Part shown: piece after piece, positions 6,645 through 17,008 of the stretch | Layout: every line of letters begins with the position of its first letter | Numbering within the stretch: position 1 is the stretch's first letter | Notes under the pieces: model-generated | The model's database searches: none | Told to the model about the DNA's origin: nothing | The model's input: only the letters and a program-made list of their open reading frames with translations | Translations under genes and position numbers: made by a program | From: Rhodothermia bacterium | GTDB lineage: Bacteria; Bacteroidota; Rhodothermia; Rhodothermales; UBA10348 | Reading direction: 5' to 3' | Assembly (NCBI GenBank): GCA_036985715.1 | Contig: BTQE01000005.1 | Coordinates: forward strand, 1 to 55,521 | Length of the DNA stretch: 55,521 nucleotides

Positions 6645-7271
6645 ATGACAACGACCAGAGCAACGTCATCCGGTTCCTCCGCATTCGATCCGGATCTAAA
6701 GAAGGCCCAGATCGCGGAAGCCGCCATCAGGGTGTTCGCAGAGAGTGGCTTGGCGAAGGCCAAAATGATCGAAATAGCCCGTGAGGCAAATGTCGGCAAG
6801 GGAACCATATACGAGTACTTCCGGAGCAAGGATGAGCTGGTTAAATATGCAGTCACTCTGTTTCTTCAAACCCTTAATCAGCAGTTGGATAGCGAATTGG
6901 AGAGGGAAGACGATCCGATGAAGAAACTTGAAGTGATTATCCACACGACACTGGAATCGTTCTGGAAAGTGGGTCACGAAGGGCGCTTCATGATTGACAT
7001 CTGGGCGGATGGTGTTCGCTCAGGAGTAGACTATTTCGATACGCCGGCGATGTATGCCCAGTACCGCGCTCTAATTGGTGCAGTTCTGGACGAAGGAACA
7101 AGGAGGGGAATGTTCCGGAAAACAGATTCACTCATCACCGCTTCTCTCATTATCAGCCTTCTCGACGGAATGATTCTGCAATGGGCGCTGGACCCCGAAG
7201 CGTTGGTGTATAGTGATGCGGAGAAAGGCTTGTTGGAACTCTTAGAACTCGGATTGGCTCCAAATGATTGA
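6645..7271 (+). CDS. TetR/AcrR-family transcriptional regulator
   Basis: IAEAAIRVFAESG...MIEIAREANVGKGTIYEYFRSKDEL HTH. Confidence 0.95.
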   Translation: MTTTRATSSGSSAFDPDLKKAQIAEAAIRVFAESGLAKAKMIEIAREANVGKGTIYEYFRSKDELVKYAVTLFLQTLNQQLDSELEREDDPMKKLEVIIHTTLESFWKVGHEGRFMIDIWADGVRSGVDYFDTPAMYAQYRALIGAVLDEGTRRGMFRKTDSLITASLIISLLDGMILQWALDPEALVYSDAEKGLLELLELGLAPND

Positions 7272-7307
7272 ATCCTGAGCTATGAAAGCTTATTTCATCA
7301 ACCGCTA

Positions 7308-7325
7308 TGACCGACCGGTCGGTCA
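7308..7325. promoter_or_regulatory. TetR operator 2
   Basis: Perfect 18-bp palindrome TGACCGACCGGTCGGTCA, 21 bp upstream of the MMPL start. Confidence 0.88.
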
Positions 7326-7346
7326 CTTAAAAAAACGTACGACACT

Positions 7347-10300
7347 GTGAGAGATCGATTTTTTACAACCCTGGCATCCTGGGCAGAGCACCACACCTGG
7401 CTGATGCTCGGACTGACGCTACTGGTCACCGTGCTGACCGCCGCAATCGCCGGCGGACTTGAGCTAAACATGCAGTTCAAGAGCTTGATGCCCCAGTCGC
7501 ATCCCACAGTTCAGGAGTACGACTTCATCGTAAATAACTACAGTTCAGCAACAAACATCATCGTTGCCGTCAAAGGTGACGAAAATTCGATCAAGTCCTT
7601 TGCCGACGATCTGGTCCCCAAACTCCGGGCGATGACCGAATACGTGAGCCGCGTCGACTACAAGATCAATCGCGAGTTCATGGGCCGGCACGGTTTCATG
7701 CTTTCGAAAGCCCGTGATCTGGATAACAGCAGAAACCTGTTCAGCGATTTGCGTCTGGTACCGTTTCTGACGCGCCTCAACGACAGCTTCGAGCAAACCT
7801 ACATCGCCGACGATGAGGGAATTTCGAACGGTGAAAAAGAGGATAAGGCCGTTCGAGCTCTCGATGGGATCGAAAACTGGCTTCAGACCATGACGCTCTA
7901 TCTGGATGGTGACGGAGACGTCGAAGCCGCTCGCGAAGCCGTCGATCGCATGCTGATCGGTGATCCGTACTTCATTTCGCAGGACAAGGACATTCTGCTT
8001 CTTTTTGCTCAGCCCACGTTCACGCTGAATGAAGTGGATAAATTGATGATGGCTATGAATGCCATCGATTCACAGATCGAAGAACTGGTTTCAAAATATC
8101 CGAATATTGATGCCGGTACGACGGGTCTGATGGCCCTCTCGCGAGACGAATTTAATGCCCTCTCGTCCGACTTGTACGTGACGACGCTCATCGCCTTCAT
8201 ACTCATAATCGGATTGTTCATTGTCAGTTTTCGGATGTGGGCAGCGCCGCTGCTGGCCGGGATCAGTCTTATCGTGGGCCTAATCTGGGCATCCGGTTTC
8301 ATAGCGGTCACAGTGGGCAGCCTTAACATGATGACGTCGATGTTCGCCGTGATTCTCGTCGGTCTTGGCATCGATTACAACATCCACGTGATATCCGGTT
8401 ACACAGAGTTTCGAGCTGAAGGCCACTCGATCTACGACGCCCTCAGAATGGCCCTTGTCAAGACGGGGAATGGAATCGTGATCGGTGCTGTCAGTACCGC
8501 TCTTGCCTTTCTGACCATGCTTATCTCGGAAAACCAGGGTATGAAGGAATTCGCGGTCGTAGTGGGTGGCGGAGTACTCTTCACCATGATCGCGTCTCTG
8601 TTGGTTCTTCCGCCGCTGCTCGTTGCAAGGGACCGTATCAGGGTACGTAGGAAGGGTGAGCCGCGGAGCCTGCGATCGATCTCATACGGACGGGTCGGAA
8701 ACCTGGCCGAGTGGCTTGCTGCCAGGCCCATTCAGGTGCTCGCTACGCTGTTCGTCGTGACAGTGCTCATGGCCTATAGTGCGTTTACTATTTCCTTCGA
8801 TTACAATTACCTGAATCTGGAGCCCGTTGGACTTAAATCCATCGAGTTGCAGGATGAGATCATTGATGAGTTTGATATCACTCCTGATATCCTTCTGGTT
8901 ACGGCTGCGTCCGTGGAGGAGGCACGGTCTATCTCCGACCAGGCTAAAGAACTCAAGTCGGTAGGACTGGTCATGAGCATCTCAGACTACGTTCCTTCCT
9001 CCGAGCAACATGAGAGACGCCTGCCCTATATCCGAAAGATTCGTTCCGATCTCGCGAACGGCACTACTCTCCCTGCCATGACCGAGGACGATGTTGATTT
9101 GCTTCTCAACGAGTTGTATCGCATGGAGGACAACGTCATCGAGCTCGCCCAACTCGCCTTTGCGGGCGGACAGGACAAGGTCGATCGTAAAGCCGAGCGG
9201 ATTGTAGGAGATCTCGAGCAAACCGCCGCCGAGCGATCAGGTCTCTTTCGCCCTCTCGTGGAGCGGCTGGATTCCGATCGGTCCTCAGGTGCAGCCCGTC
9301 TGGCTGCTTTCGAACGAGACTACGAGCCGTTTCTTCGGACGGCAGCTCTTGGGATGACATCTGAAGAGATCATTACGTTACCCGATCTCCCTGCCAGCAT
9401 TCGTAATCAGTTTGTGAGTAACGACGGACGGCAATTTCTTCTGTCGATTTACCCGAGACAACAAGTCTGGGATTTAGAATTTCTCGGGCGGTTGACCAAG
9501 CAAATGCACCGGATTGATCCGCGTGTGACGGGTATGCCACCCATCTTCTTCGTGCTTGTCGAGTATATCGCCAAGGATGGACGCCGTGCCGCTCTCCTTA
9601 CTATGGTTCTCGTTTTTCTGCTACTGTGGATTGATTTTCGAAGCATCAACTCTGCTGTCGCAGCAATGCTGTCGTTGGCCGTCGGAGCCATCTGGATGGT
9701 CGGACTCATGAATGTATTCGGAATGAAATTCAACCTTCTCAACGTAATCGGAATTCCTCTCATTCTGGGGATAGGAATCGACGACGCCGTACATATTCTA
9801 AATCGTTATCGGGTGGAAGGACGAGGTCGTATCAATGTCGTGTACGCAAGCACTGGAAAGGCAATCATATTGACCTCGATCACGACAATGCTTGCGTTCG
9901 GATCCCTGACTTTCGCAACCTATCGCGGGCTGGGCAGTCTCGGCCTGACACTGGCGATCGGCGTAGGTACGGCTCTCTTGACCTCGCTTCTTATGCTTCC
10001 GGCACTGCTTGGTCTGTTGGAGAAGTACACCAGGTATGGAATACAATCGACGGATCGACCGAGAAAAAAGGGTGCAGCGATCATCGCGATAGTTTTCTTG
10101 TTTCCGATTTTGATGTGGTCGAACACAGTACGTGCGCAGGTGCCTACCGTCGACGTGCTCGATATTATCAGACGAGTCGACGCCAACGAACGAACCGAGT
10201 CCAGTCGAATTATCGGTAAACAGATTATTACTACGTCTTCCGGGCGTAAGAGAACTCTGGAGATAGAATCATATGCTAAGGGGGGCAATGAGAAATCTCT

Positions 10301-10832
10301 GATAGTATACACGGGACCTGCCCGTGTTCGGGGTGATAAAATTTTGATGCTGAATGACGGGGACGATATCTGGTTTTATACGCCAAAAACAGACCGCGTT
10401 CGACATCTGGCCTCGCACGCGAGACGGCAGAAAGTGCAAGGAAGCGATTTCTCCTATGAGGATTTGAGTACGGGAAAATTCGAGGAAGACTATACTCACA
10501 CGCTCCTGGGACAGGTTGAAATGGATGGAGTCGACTACTACAAAATTGAAGCAATTCCAGATGAGTCCGGTCCCTCGTATTCTAAAATAATCGTGTGGGT
10601 GGAGACCACTCGATACGTTGTACGCAGAATCGATTACTACGACGACGGGGCGCTTCTCAAACGCCTGACGAACAGCGATATTCGAGAATTGGAAGGGCAT
10701 ATTCTGCCTTTCAAAATGCTCATGGAAAACCTTCGGGACGGATCACGTACGGAATTCGAATTTAGCGAGATGACCCTGAATATCGAGTTGGAGGACCAGC
10801 TTTTTACGACCGAAAACCTGAAAAGGCGGTAG
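7347..10832 (+). CDS. MMPL/RND-family transporter fused to a C-terminal LolA-like (outer-membrane lipoprotein-sorting) domain
   Basis: Two RND repeats with GLGIDYNIH and GIGIDDAVH motifs. After about aa 930 comes a LolA-like domain (SLIVYTGPARVRG...WFYTPKTDRVR...GSDFSYEDL...LFTTENLKR). Confidence 0.9.
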   Translation: MRDRFFTTLASWAEHHTWLMLGLTLLVTVLTAAIAGGLELNMQFKSLMPQSHPTVQEYDFIVNNYSSATNIIVAVKGDENSIKSFADDLVPKLRAMTEYVSRVDYKINREFMGRHGFMLSKARDLDNSRNLFSDLRLVPFLTRLNDSFEQTYIADDEGISNGEKEDKAVRALDGIENWLQTMTLYLDGDGDVEAAREAVDRMLIGDPYFISQDKDILLLFAQPTFTLNEVDKLMMAMNAIDSQIEELVSKYPNIDAGTTGLMALSRDEFNALSSDLYVTTLIAFILIIGLFIVSFRMWAAPLLAGISLIVGLIWASGFIAVTVGSLNMMTSMFAVILVGLGIDYNIHVISGYTEFRAEGHSIYDALRMALVKTGNGIVIGAVSTALAFLTMLISENQGMKEFAVVVGGGVLFTMIASLLVLPPLLVARDRIRVRRKGEPRSLRSISYGRVGNLAEWLAARPIQVLATLFVVTVLMAYSAFTISFDYNYLNLEPVGLKSIELQDEIIDEFDITPDILLVTAASVEEARSISDQAKELKSVGLVMSISDYVPSSEQHERRLPYIRKIRSDLANGTTLPAMTEDDVDLLLNELYRMEDNVIELAQLAFAGGQDKVDRKAERIVGDLEQTAAERSGLFRPLVERLDSDRSSGAARLAAFERDYEPFLRTAALGMTSEEIITLPDLPASIRNQFVSNDGRQFLLSIYPRQQVWDLEFLGRLTKQMHRIDPRVTGMPPIFFVLVEYIAKDGRRAALLTMVLVFLLLWIDFRSINSAVAAMLSLAVGAIWMVGLMNVFGMKFNLLNVIGIPLILGIGIDDAVHILNRYRVEGRGRINVVYASTGKAIILTSITTMLAFGSLTFATYRGLGSLGLTLAIGVGTALLTSLLMLPALLGLLEKYTRYGIQSTDRPRKKGAAIIAIVFLFPILMWSNTVRAQVPTVDVLDIIRRVDANERTESSRIIGKQIITTSSGRKRTLEIESYAKGGNEKSLIVYTGPARVRGDKILMLNDGDDIWFYTPKTDRVRHLASHARRQKVQGSDFSYEDLSTGKFEEDYTHTLLGQVEMDGVDYYKIEAIPDESGPSYSKIIVWVETTRYVVRRIDYYDDGALLKRLTNSDIRELEGHILPFKMLMENLRDGSRTEFEFSEMTLNIELEDQLFTTENLKRR

Positions 10833-10833
10833 A

Positions 10834-12042
10834 GTGACCACCACGGCTACATCCAGCGTGCGGAGTGTCTCTGTTCTCGTTCTTCTGACTCTGGTGCTGG
10901 CGAGCATCAGTCAGGCCCAGGAAATCGAATACGGAGGCTACGTCGAGCATCAGATCTTTCCGCAGGAGCTACGCGGGCGGCTGGTCGTCATGGATTACAG
11001 CAAGGCACGACTCGATCTCTATTCTCAGCTCACGGAGCAGATCAGCGTTACGGGTGACTACATCTTTCGGATTCAACATGGACAGAAGAATTTCAACAGT
11101 CTGGATTTCGTGCCCGATCGGGTCGTGGAAACCTACGCTTTGAGTATCAACACGACGACGGAATCACTCCGAGAGGCGTTCCTCTATCGGCTCAAAGACG
11201 AGAACTATATTGATAATGCATTCGCATCCTTTTATTCGAATTGGGTGAATGTACGGGCCGGGCGGCAACAGATTCCCAGAGGCGCCGGCTACGCCTGGAA
11301 TCCGACGGACATCTTTCACGACAAGAATCAACTCGATCCTACCTACGAAAAACGTGGCGTCGACGCGATAAAGGCGGAAATACCCCTGACTGGCATGAGT
11401 GCGATATCGGGCGTCGTCGGCGTCGGTAACGGGTGGGACGAAGCGACGAAGTCCCTGCAGTTTCGATCGTACGCAAAGGGTTTCGACTTCTCGTTTTCCA
11501 TCATGGAGAAGTACGAGACGAAGTATGACTTCAACAGGCTTTCTACCGGTACCGAGCGTCGTCGACTGCTAGGCGCCGATGCGTCGGGGACGATAAAGGG
11601 GATCGGAGTATGGTTCGAAGGAGCATACAGCGATCCCGAAACCTCCATTTCCTACAGTCAGCTTCTCTTCGGAGCAGATTACACGTTCGAATCCGGGCTT
11701 TATTTGATCACTGAGTATTACCGAAACGGGAAGGGCACTTCGGAGAAAACGGAATACAATCTCCAGCGGTGGATGGATTTTCTCGGCTCTGCCGGGGAGA
11801 ATCTGGGTCAAAATCTTCTGTTTGTCGGACAGACCTATCCGCTTACGGATCTGCTTACAGGTTCCAATTTTACGATAGTAAACGTCGACGACGGCAGCGC
11901 GGTCGTCTACCCGTACTTCGAATTCAGCCTGAGTAATAATGCCGTGCTTACCCTCATCGGCTACGTAACGATCGGAAAGAGCGAGACAGAGTTTGGAGCA
12001 TTCGGCTCTGGGGCGATTGTTCGGGGACGGCTATATTTCTGA
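10834..12042 (+). CDS. Putative outer-membrane beta-barrel protein of the MMPL/LolA operon
   Basis: Signal peptide (SQA-Q), RAGRQQI..G..WNPTD...GVDA motif, C-terminal RGRLYF. Starts 1 nt after the upstream stop. Confidence 0.75.
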   Translation: MTTTATSSVRSVSVLVLLTLVLASISQAQEIEYGGYVEHQIFPQELRGRLVVMDYSKARLDLYSQLTEQISVTGDYIFRIQHGQKNFNSLDFVPDRVVETYALSINTTTESLREAFLYRLKDENYIDNAFASFYSNWVNVRAGRQQIPRGAGYAWNPTDIFHDKNQLDPTYEKRGVDAIKAEIPLTGMSAISGVVGVGNGWDEATKSLQFRSYAKGFDFSFSIMEKYETKYDFNRLSTGTERRRLLGADASGTIKGIGVWFEGAYSDPETSISYSQLLFGADYTFESGLYLITEYYRNGKGTSEKTEYNLQRWMDFLGSAGENLGQNLLFVGQTYPLTDLLTGSNFTIVNVDDGSAVVYPYFEFSLSNNAVLTLIGYVTIGKSETEFGAFGSGAIVRGRLYF

Positions 12043-12068
12043 ATCGGCTACAGTTCGTTCCGGCGCGT

Positions 12069-14417
12069 TCAACCTGCCGGCTGAACAATCGGAATCCGTT
12101 CGCCTCGCTTCCCGAATTCAAACTCTTTTGGTGGATCCACTCCTATCAGATACTGGACAAAGTAGTCCCATCTGCGGCGCATCCAGTATTGACCCAGTCC
12201 GTGTCCACTGTTGGGGAAGATCAAGAGGTCAAAATCCTTGTTGGCATCAATGAGCGCTTTGACCAGCAGGAGCGTGTTGTTTACAGGCACGTTGCTGTCG
12301 AGTGAGCCGTGACCGAGCAGGAGTTTTCCCTTCAGGTTCTCCGCGAGCAGATAATTCGCCTGGTTGTCGTACGTGGTCGTGCCGTCTTCATTTCGGAGAA
12401 GTAGGCCCTGCCATTTCTCTCCCCAGTCATCTTCGTAGGTGGCATTGTCGTGGTTGCCCGAGCCTGAGACTGCCACTTTGTAGAAATCAGGATACCGAAG
12501 GATTCCCCCGGTTGAAGCAAATCCTCCTCCCGAATTTCCGTAAATCCCGACCCGACCCAAATCCATCCAGGAATTCTGCGCACCCAGCTGTTTGATGGCC
12601 TCGATCTGGTCCGGTAGTCCGTTGTCGCCCATATTGCCGTAGTAGGCGTCGTGGAATAACTTGGAACGCCCCGGTGTACCCATGGCGTCGACTTCTACGA
12701 CAATGAATCCGAGTTCGGCGACCGCCTGTTTATCACTACGTGATGGAGAGAAGCTGCGGCTTCCAACGCTGCCCGATTGCGGACCCGGGTAGAGGGGATT
12801 GAGGACCGGATACTTCTTGTCGGGATCAAATTGGGTGGGTTTGTACATCAGGCCATAAATATTCGTCACACCGTCTCGGGCTTTCGTGGTGATTTGAACG
12901 GGCGGCTGCCATCCAGAGGCGATCAACTGAGAAATGTCCGCTTTCTCGAGCGTCATCACAAGATTTCCATCGATATCACGAAGCACGGTCACTGGTGGGT
13001 CGACAGGGGTCGAATAGCTGTCAACGAAATGACTGTAATCTGGGGAGAAGTTGACCACGTGGTTCGCGTCCTCGGGTGTCAAAAGCGTGAGATCGGAACC
13101 GTCCAGGTTGACACTATAGTAGCGTATATAGTAGGGATCTCCGGATTCTCTGCCGCCGGCAGTTAAATAGATTTTCCGATTTTCCCGATCGACATAGCGA
13201 ACCTGCTGGACGGCCCATTCGCCTTCTGTAATTCTGTTCTTGATCTTTCCCGTATTCACGTCATATAAGTACAAGTGTCCCCAGTTGTCGCGCTCGGAAA
13301 ACCAGATCACTTCATCGGTGGCGGACAGATAATGCCAGTTCGAGAAGCCGTCACCTGACTCGAAATAGGTGTCTTGCACCTCCTCCATTATGTCTCGAAC
13401 ATCACCTGTTTCAGGGTCCGCAATGCGGAGTTTCGCTTCTTTGTGGTCACGAGAGCTGGAAACAAAGGCGAGCTGGTTCGAATCCTGGCTCCATCTTACG
13501 TCGAGAAACTCGCCCCCACGGCCAGCTATGTGATCCGTCGTCGTGCTTCGATGCGGATCGGGCGGCATGTTCAGTCGAACCGTGCGGGCACCGTCGAGAT
13601 AAATCACTACTCGGCTGATACGAAAGATCAGACTATCTCCCGGCAGGGGATATTTCCACTGTGATAGTTCCGGGTGGCCGGATTTCGTGGAGACCATATA
13701 CATCTCACCGACTCCACGTGCGTCGTGTTGGAACGTGGCAATCTTCTTGGAGTCCGGTGACCAGAGAACAACGGGTCCTGGGCCCTTCGTCCATCCTGCA
13801 TTGTTCGTGGCATAGCCGAAATCTTCTATGCCATCAAATGTGAGCTGCGTTTCGTCCTCGGTTTCAACGTCTCGTACCCAGAGATTGTAGTCGCGGATAA
13901 ATGCGGCTAACTTTCCGTCTGGTGACAGCACCCGCGTCCTATTTCGTCGGAATCGGGCAAACGGAGAATCCTGCTCGGGGGCACTTATCTCGTTTTCTTC
14001 CCAAAAACACTCGTAGTTCTGAAGGCTACACGTATAGCTTCGGCCGGGGATATCGAACGCAATTGAGTAACCATCATCCGTGTAATCAAAAGACGTAAAT
14101 GGAAGTTCAAGCGCTCCGTATGGGGTTTCATCGGACGAGAGGGCTTCAGCAAGACGATCATGGTCGAAGGCTCTGGCCCTAGTCCCGGTTGAGGGATTAA
14201 CAAGCACGAACTCCGTGCCTTCCGCGGTTGTATTCCGGTACCACATTCGCCCATCGTCGAGCCAGTTCGGGCTGATGGAGGCTTTGAAAACCAGGGGCTG
14301 CGTATAATTACCGAGAAAACCCTCGGCACGCTCGTAGTCTTCGCGGGTTACCGACTCTTGTGCAAGTGTCGGCGCCACCAAAATAAGGACGGCTAATACA
14401 GCCACGGGATAACGCAT
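12069..14417 (-). CDS. S9B dipeptidyl-peptidase IV family peptidase (secreted)
   Basis: Signal peptide, beta-propeller region, YPGP, nucleophile GNSGGG, D(SNV) and GH triad motifs. Confidence 0.92.
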   Translation of the reverse strand: MRYPVAVLAVLILVAPTLAQESVTREDYERAEGFLGNYTQPLVFKASISPNWLDDGRMWYRNTTAEGTEFVLVNPSTGTRARAFDHDRLAEALSSDETPYGALELPFTSFDYTDDGYSIAFDIPGRSYTCSLQNYECFWEENEISAPEQDSPFARFRRNRTRVLSPDGKLAAFIRDYNLWVRDVETEDETQLTFDGIEDFGYATNNAGWTKGPGPVVLWSPDSKKIATFQHDARGVGEMYMVSTKSGHPELSQWKYPLPGDSLIFRISRVVIYLDGARTVRLNMPPDPHRSTTTDHIAGRGGEFLDVRWSQDSNQLAFVSSSRDHKEAKLRIADPETGDVRDIMEEVQDTYFESGDGFSNWHYLSATDEVIWFSERDNWGHLYLYDVNTGKIKNRITEGEWAVQQVRYVDRENRKIYLTAGGRESGDPYYIRYYSVNLDGSDLTLLTPEDANHVVNFSPDYSHFVDSYSTPVDPPVTVLRDIDGNLVMTLEKADISQLIASGWQPPVQITTKARDGVTNIYGLMYKPTQFDPDKKYPVLNPLYPGPQSGSVGSRSFSPSRSDKQAVAELGFIVVEVDAMGTPGRSKLFHDAYYGNMGDNGLPDQIEAIKQLGAQNSWMDLGRVGIYGNSGGGFASTGGILRYPDFYKVAVSGSGNHDNATYEDDWGEKWQGLLLRNEDGTTTYDNQANYLLAENLKGKLLLGHGSLDSNVPVNNTLLLVKALIDANKDFDLLIFPNSGHGLGQYWMRRRWDYFVQYLIGVDPPKEFEFGKRGERIPIVQPAG

Positions 14418-14481
14418 ACTGTTCCTCCGAATCTGTGGGTGGAATAAACAACGTCAATAAATAGTAAAATAATTCCCGGTA

Positions 14482-14889
14482 TCAGAATTCGAAGCTTTCT
14501 CGCTCAGTTGCCATCAATACTCTCAGATTGAGCGCTCGGGCAATGCTGGCGACAGTGGCAAATTGACCGACCGTAGCGTCTTGATCGGCCCTCAGCACGA
14601 GGCTCGTTCGTCCATTAAGTGAACTCTGAATTGCCGTCAAGAGCTGATCTTTGGAGATCTGATTTTGATCGACGTAATAGCTACCCTCGCTCGTAATAAC
14701 TACAGTTATATACAGGGCGTCTGTGGGTGCCGACGTGCTTGTTTTTGGAAGATTTATCTGAATACCAAACTGGGGAATGAAGCTCGACGTCAGCAGAAAG
14801 AACACAAGCAGGAGAAACACGATGTCAGCCAGACCCGCCAGGCTAAATTCTGTCAGAGGCTTTTTATCGGTTGAAAAATCTATAGACAT
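14482..14889 (-). CDS. exbD: Biopolymer transport protein ExbD/TolR
   Basis: LADIVFLLLVFFLLTS TM with conserved Asp; INLP; LVLRAD. Confidence 0.92.
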   Translation of the reverse strand: MSIDFSTDKKPLTEFSLAGLADIVFLLLVFFLLTSSFIPQFGIQINLPKTSTSAPTDALYITVVITSEGSYYVDQNQISKDQLLTAIQSSLNGRTSLVLRADQDATVGQFATVASIARALNLRVLMATERESFEF

Positions 14890-14904
14890 TGTGACGTCCT
14901 CGGG

Positions 14905-15624
14905 TTAAAAGGAATCTTCGTGCGAAGAGCGGGTGGCCGGGGCCGGGGTCTGAAGCATATCAATAAACTCCGTCGCTGATCGCTCCATGTCATTGACGAG
15001 TCGCCTGATCCTGCTAAGGAGGAAATTGTAGAAGAAGTAGGCGACTATGCCGACCGTGAGCCCGGCAGCCGTTGAAACCAGGGCTTCCCAGATGCCGCCC
15101 GCCAACACGCTGGGGTTTACACTTCCCTGAAGGTTTTGGATGGTTTGGAACGCTTTGATCATCCCAGTTACTGTGCCGAGAAAACCAAGCATGGGCGAAA
15201 TTCCGGCGGTGGTGGCCAATAGGTCAGTTCGCGTTTCAAGCACGAACGCTTCATGCTTTCCTGCAGAATTGACCGCGTCCTGAATTTCTGAGATCGGCCT
15301 TCCAAGCCGTTCAAGTCCATGCTGTAGAATTCTTGTGATGGGTTTATCCTGGACTTCGCAATACGCCCCGGCTCCTTCGATATTACCGGCGGAAACAAAC
15401 TCCCGAATCTTCGCCATAATCTCACTTCGATCGGCAGAGGCCCTCTGAATGGTGCGCAGGCGTTCAATAAACAGATAGACAGCAAGAATGGAAAGCAGAA
15501 AAATTGGAACGATGATCCAACCACCCTGCAACAAGATGTCGAGTTGACTTACCGTATCTGGCTCCAGAAAGGTTGTAGTGTCTTGTGTGGCTTCCGCGAT
15601 TTCCTGTAACACGAAGTATGCCAT
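14905..15624 (-). CDS. exbB: MotA/TolQ/ExbB proton-channel protein
   Basis: SPMLGFLGTVTGMIKAF...LAGGIWEALVSTAAGL. Likely start ATG 15624. Confidence 0.93.
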   Translation of the reverse strand: MAYFVLQEIAEATQDTTTFLEPDTVSQLDILLQGGWIIVPIFLLSILAVYLFIERLRTIQRASADRSEIMAKIREFVSAGNIEGAGAYCEVQDKPITRILQHGLERLGRPISEIQDAVNSAGKHEAFVLETRTDLLATTAGISPMLGFLGTVTGMIKAFQTIQNLQGSVNPSVLAGGIWEALVSTAAGLTVGIVAYFFYNFLLSRIRRLVNDMERSATEFIDMLQTPAPATRSSHEDSF

Positions 15625-15667
15625 GATGTGCGTGTGCAATTTGTGAAAGAAATGATGAAAGAAAATG

Positions 15668-16693
15668 TTAGCGTATTCGTCGGACCCAGGTTCCGTTCGG
15701 AAATTGTTCTGCTGCAGCCTGCATCCTCTGCTGTGCGGCCTCTATCGTTTCGAACCTGCCGACGGCCAATCGATACCGAGTCACCCCGTTATCCTCGTAG
15801 TCAAGTATAGCCAGTGGCAACAAGAGATTCGAAAACCGACGTATCTCACTTTCAGCATCTTCCAGGGAGAAGACGGACCCCACGACCAAAGTGTAGCCAG
15901 GTGCTGAGCGAGTAAAATCAGAAACAAACGGGTTCGATGCCGCACGTCCTGTTGAGAGTTGAGTCTGCCCGGTTGGCAGCAGCTCCGTTGGAGCCAGTTC
16001 GGTTTGGGTCAGGCCATCGAATCCCTGTTCGGTTGCAGCGACATCAGGATTTGATCCGGAGTCAGTTTCCAAGTTTGAAACGTCCTCCTCTTCTGCCGGG
16101 TCAACGCTTTCAGCCTCACCGACGGACGATTCAATGGAAGGATCTACTTGCGAGATTGTCTCAGTTGTACTATCGCCGGGCTTAAAAATTATTACAAGAG
16201 CCGCGGCGACTAGAAGAATCGGTACCAACCAAAAAATGGGTCTTTTAGAAAAGCCCTGCTTACCCGACGATCGAGTTTCCGACGATCGTCTATCTGGTTT
16301 CTGTGCCGAAACGGACGCGGCCACTGAGGTTTCGGGAGACGATTCCTCGGGAATGAGCGCATCCGCAATCTCCTCATCTGAAGGGCGTTTTGATGCTGCT
16401 TCCAGGTTCTCTGCCGTCGAAGACGGAACGACCTCTGTCGACGCCGGAACAGGGATAGAAAAAGTGCTGAGCGAGCGATATCGATAGTTAATAGCCTCCA
16501 ATAGCACCGTATCAGGGGTAAAAATCAGATCATCTTCATCGAATTGAAACTCGCCAAAATCAGATATCTGTGCTCGACCGCCTTGTTTGATTTCGTCGAT
16601 CAACGTATCTACAAATCTCTCGATTTGCCTGTCAACCTCAGCTTCATCAAGAGACAGCTTCGAGGCGAGATCTGATGTAAATGCGTCCGACAT
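15668..16693 (-). CDS. HU-like N-terminal domain + TM + SPOR domain protein
   Basis: N-terminal HU-like ISDFGEF, single TM (IFWLVPILLVAAALVIIF), C-terminal SPOR YTLVVGS...YRLAVGRFET...TWV. Confidence 0.75.
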   Translation of the reverse strand: MSDAFTSDLASKLSLDEAEVDRQIERFVDTLIDEIKQGGRAQISDFGEFQFDEDDLIFTPDTVLLEAINYRYRSLSTFSIPVPASTEVVPSSTAENLEAASKRPSDEEIADALIPEESSPETSVAASVSAQKPDRRSSETRSSGKQGFSKRPIFWLVPILLVAAALVIIFKPGDSTTETISQVDPSIESSVGEAESVDPAEEEDVSNLETDSGSNPDVAATEQGFDGLTQTELAPTELLPTGQTQLSTGRAASNPFVSDFTRSAPGYTLVVGSVFSLEDAESEIRRFSNLLLPLAILDYEDNGVTRYRLAVGRFETIEAAQQRMQAAAEQFPNGTWVRRIR

Positions 16694-16715
16694 TAGGAGG
16701 TTTGGATCCAGGTGC

Positions 16716-16973
16716 TCAGTTCGAATCGTTGTTTTCGCGTTCGAAGACGATCAAGTCTCTGGGTGGAGACACTAGAATGCTTCCATAGCGAGAATCGGAA
16801 TCATCCAACACTCCGGCTTTCGGTTTGGCACAGCCCACCTCAATCTGTCCGGATTCGTGGTAAATCGAGAACACACCCAGTCCCGAGACAGCGATAGAAT
16901 CCCCGTTCATCAAGCCATCTCTCAGGCTTTCCCAAAACATCTGCTCAAAGGCGTCCGGTTTTTTGGATGACAT
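16716..16973 (-). CDS. Small HU/IHF-like protein
   Basis: GDSIAVSGLGVF...LVSPPRDLIVFE resembles HU arm motifs; lies within the operon. Confidence 0.6.
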   Translation of the reverse strand: MSSKKPDAFEQMFWESLRDGLMNGDSIAVSGLGVFSIYHESGQIEVGCAKPKAGVLDDSDSRYGSILVSPPRDLIVFERENNDSN

Positions 16974-17008
16974 AGTCGAAACGTGTGCTTAATCGTAGTA
17001 GTGACAAG

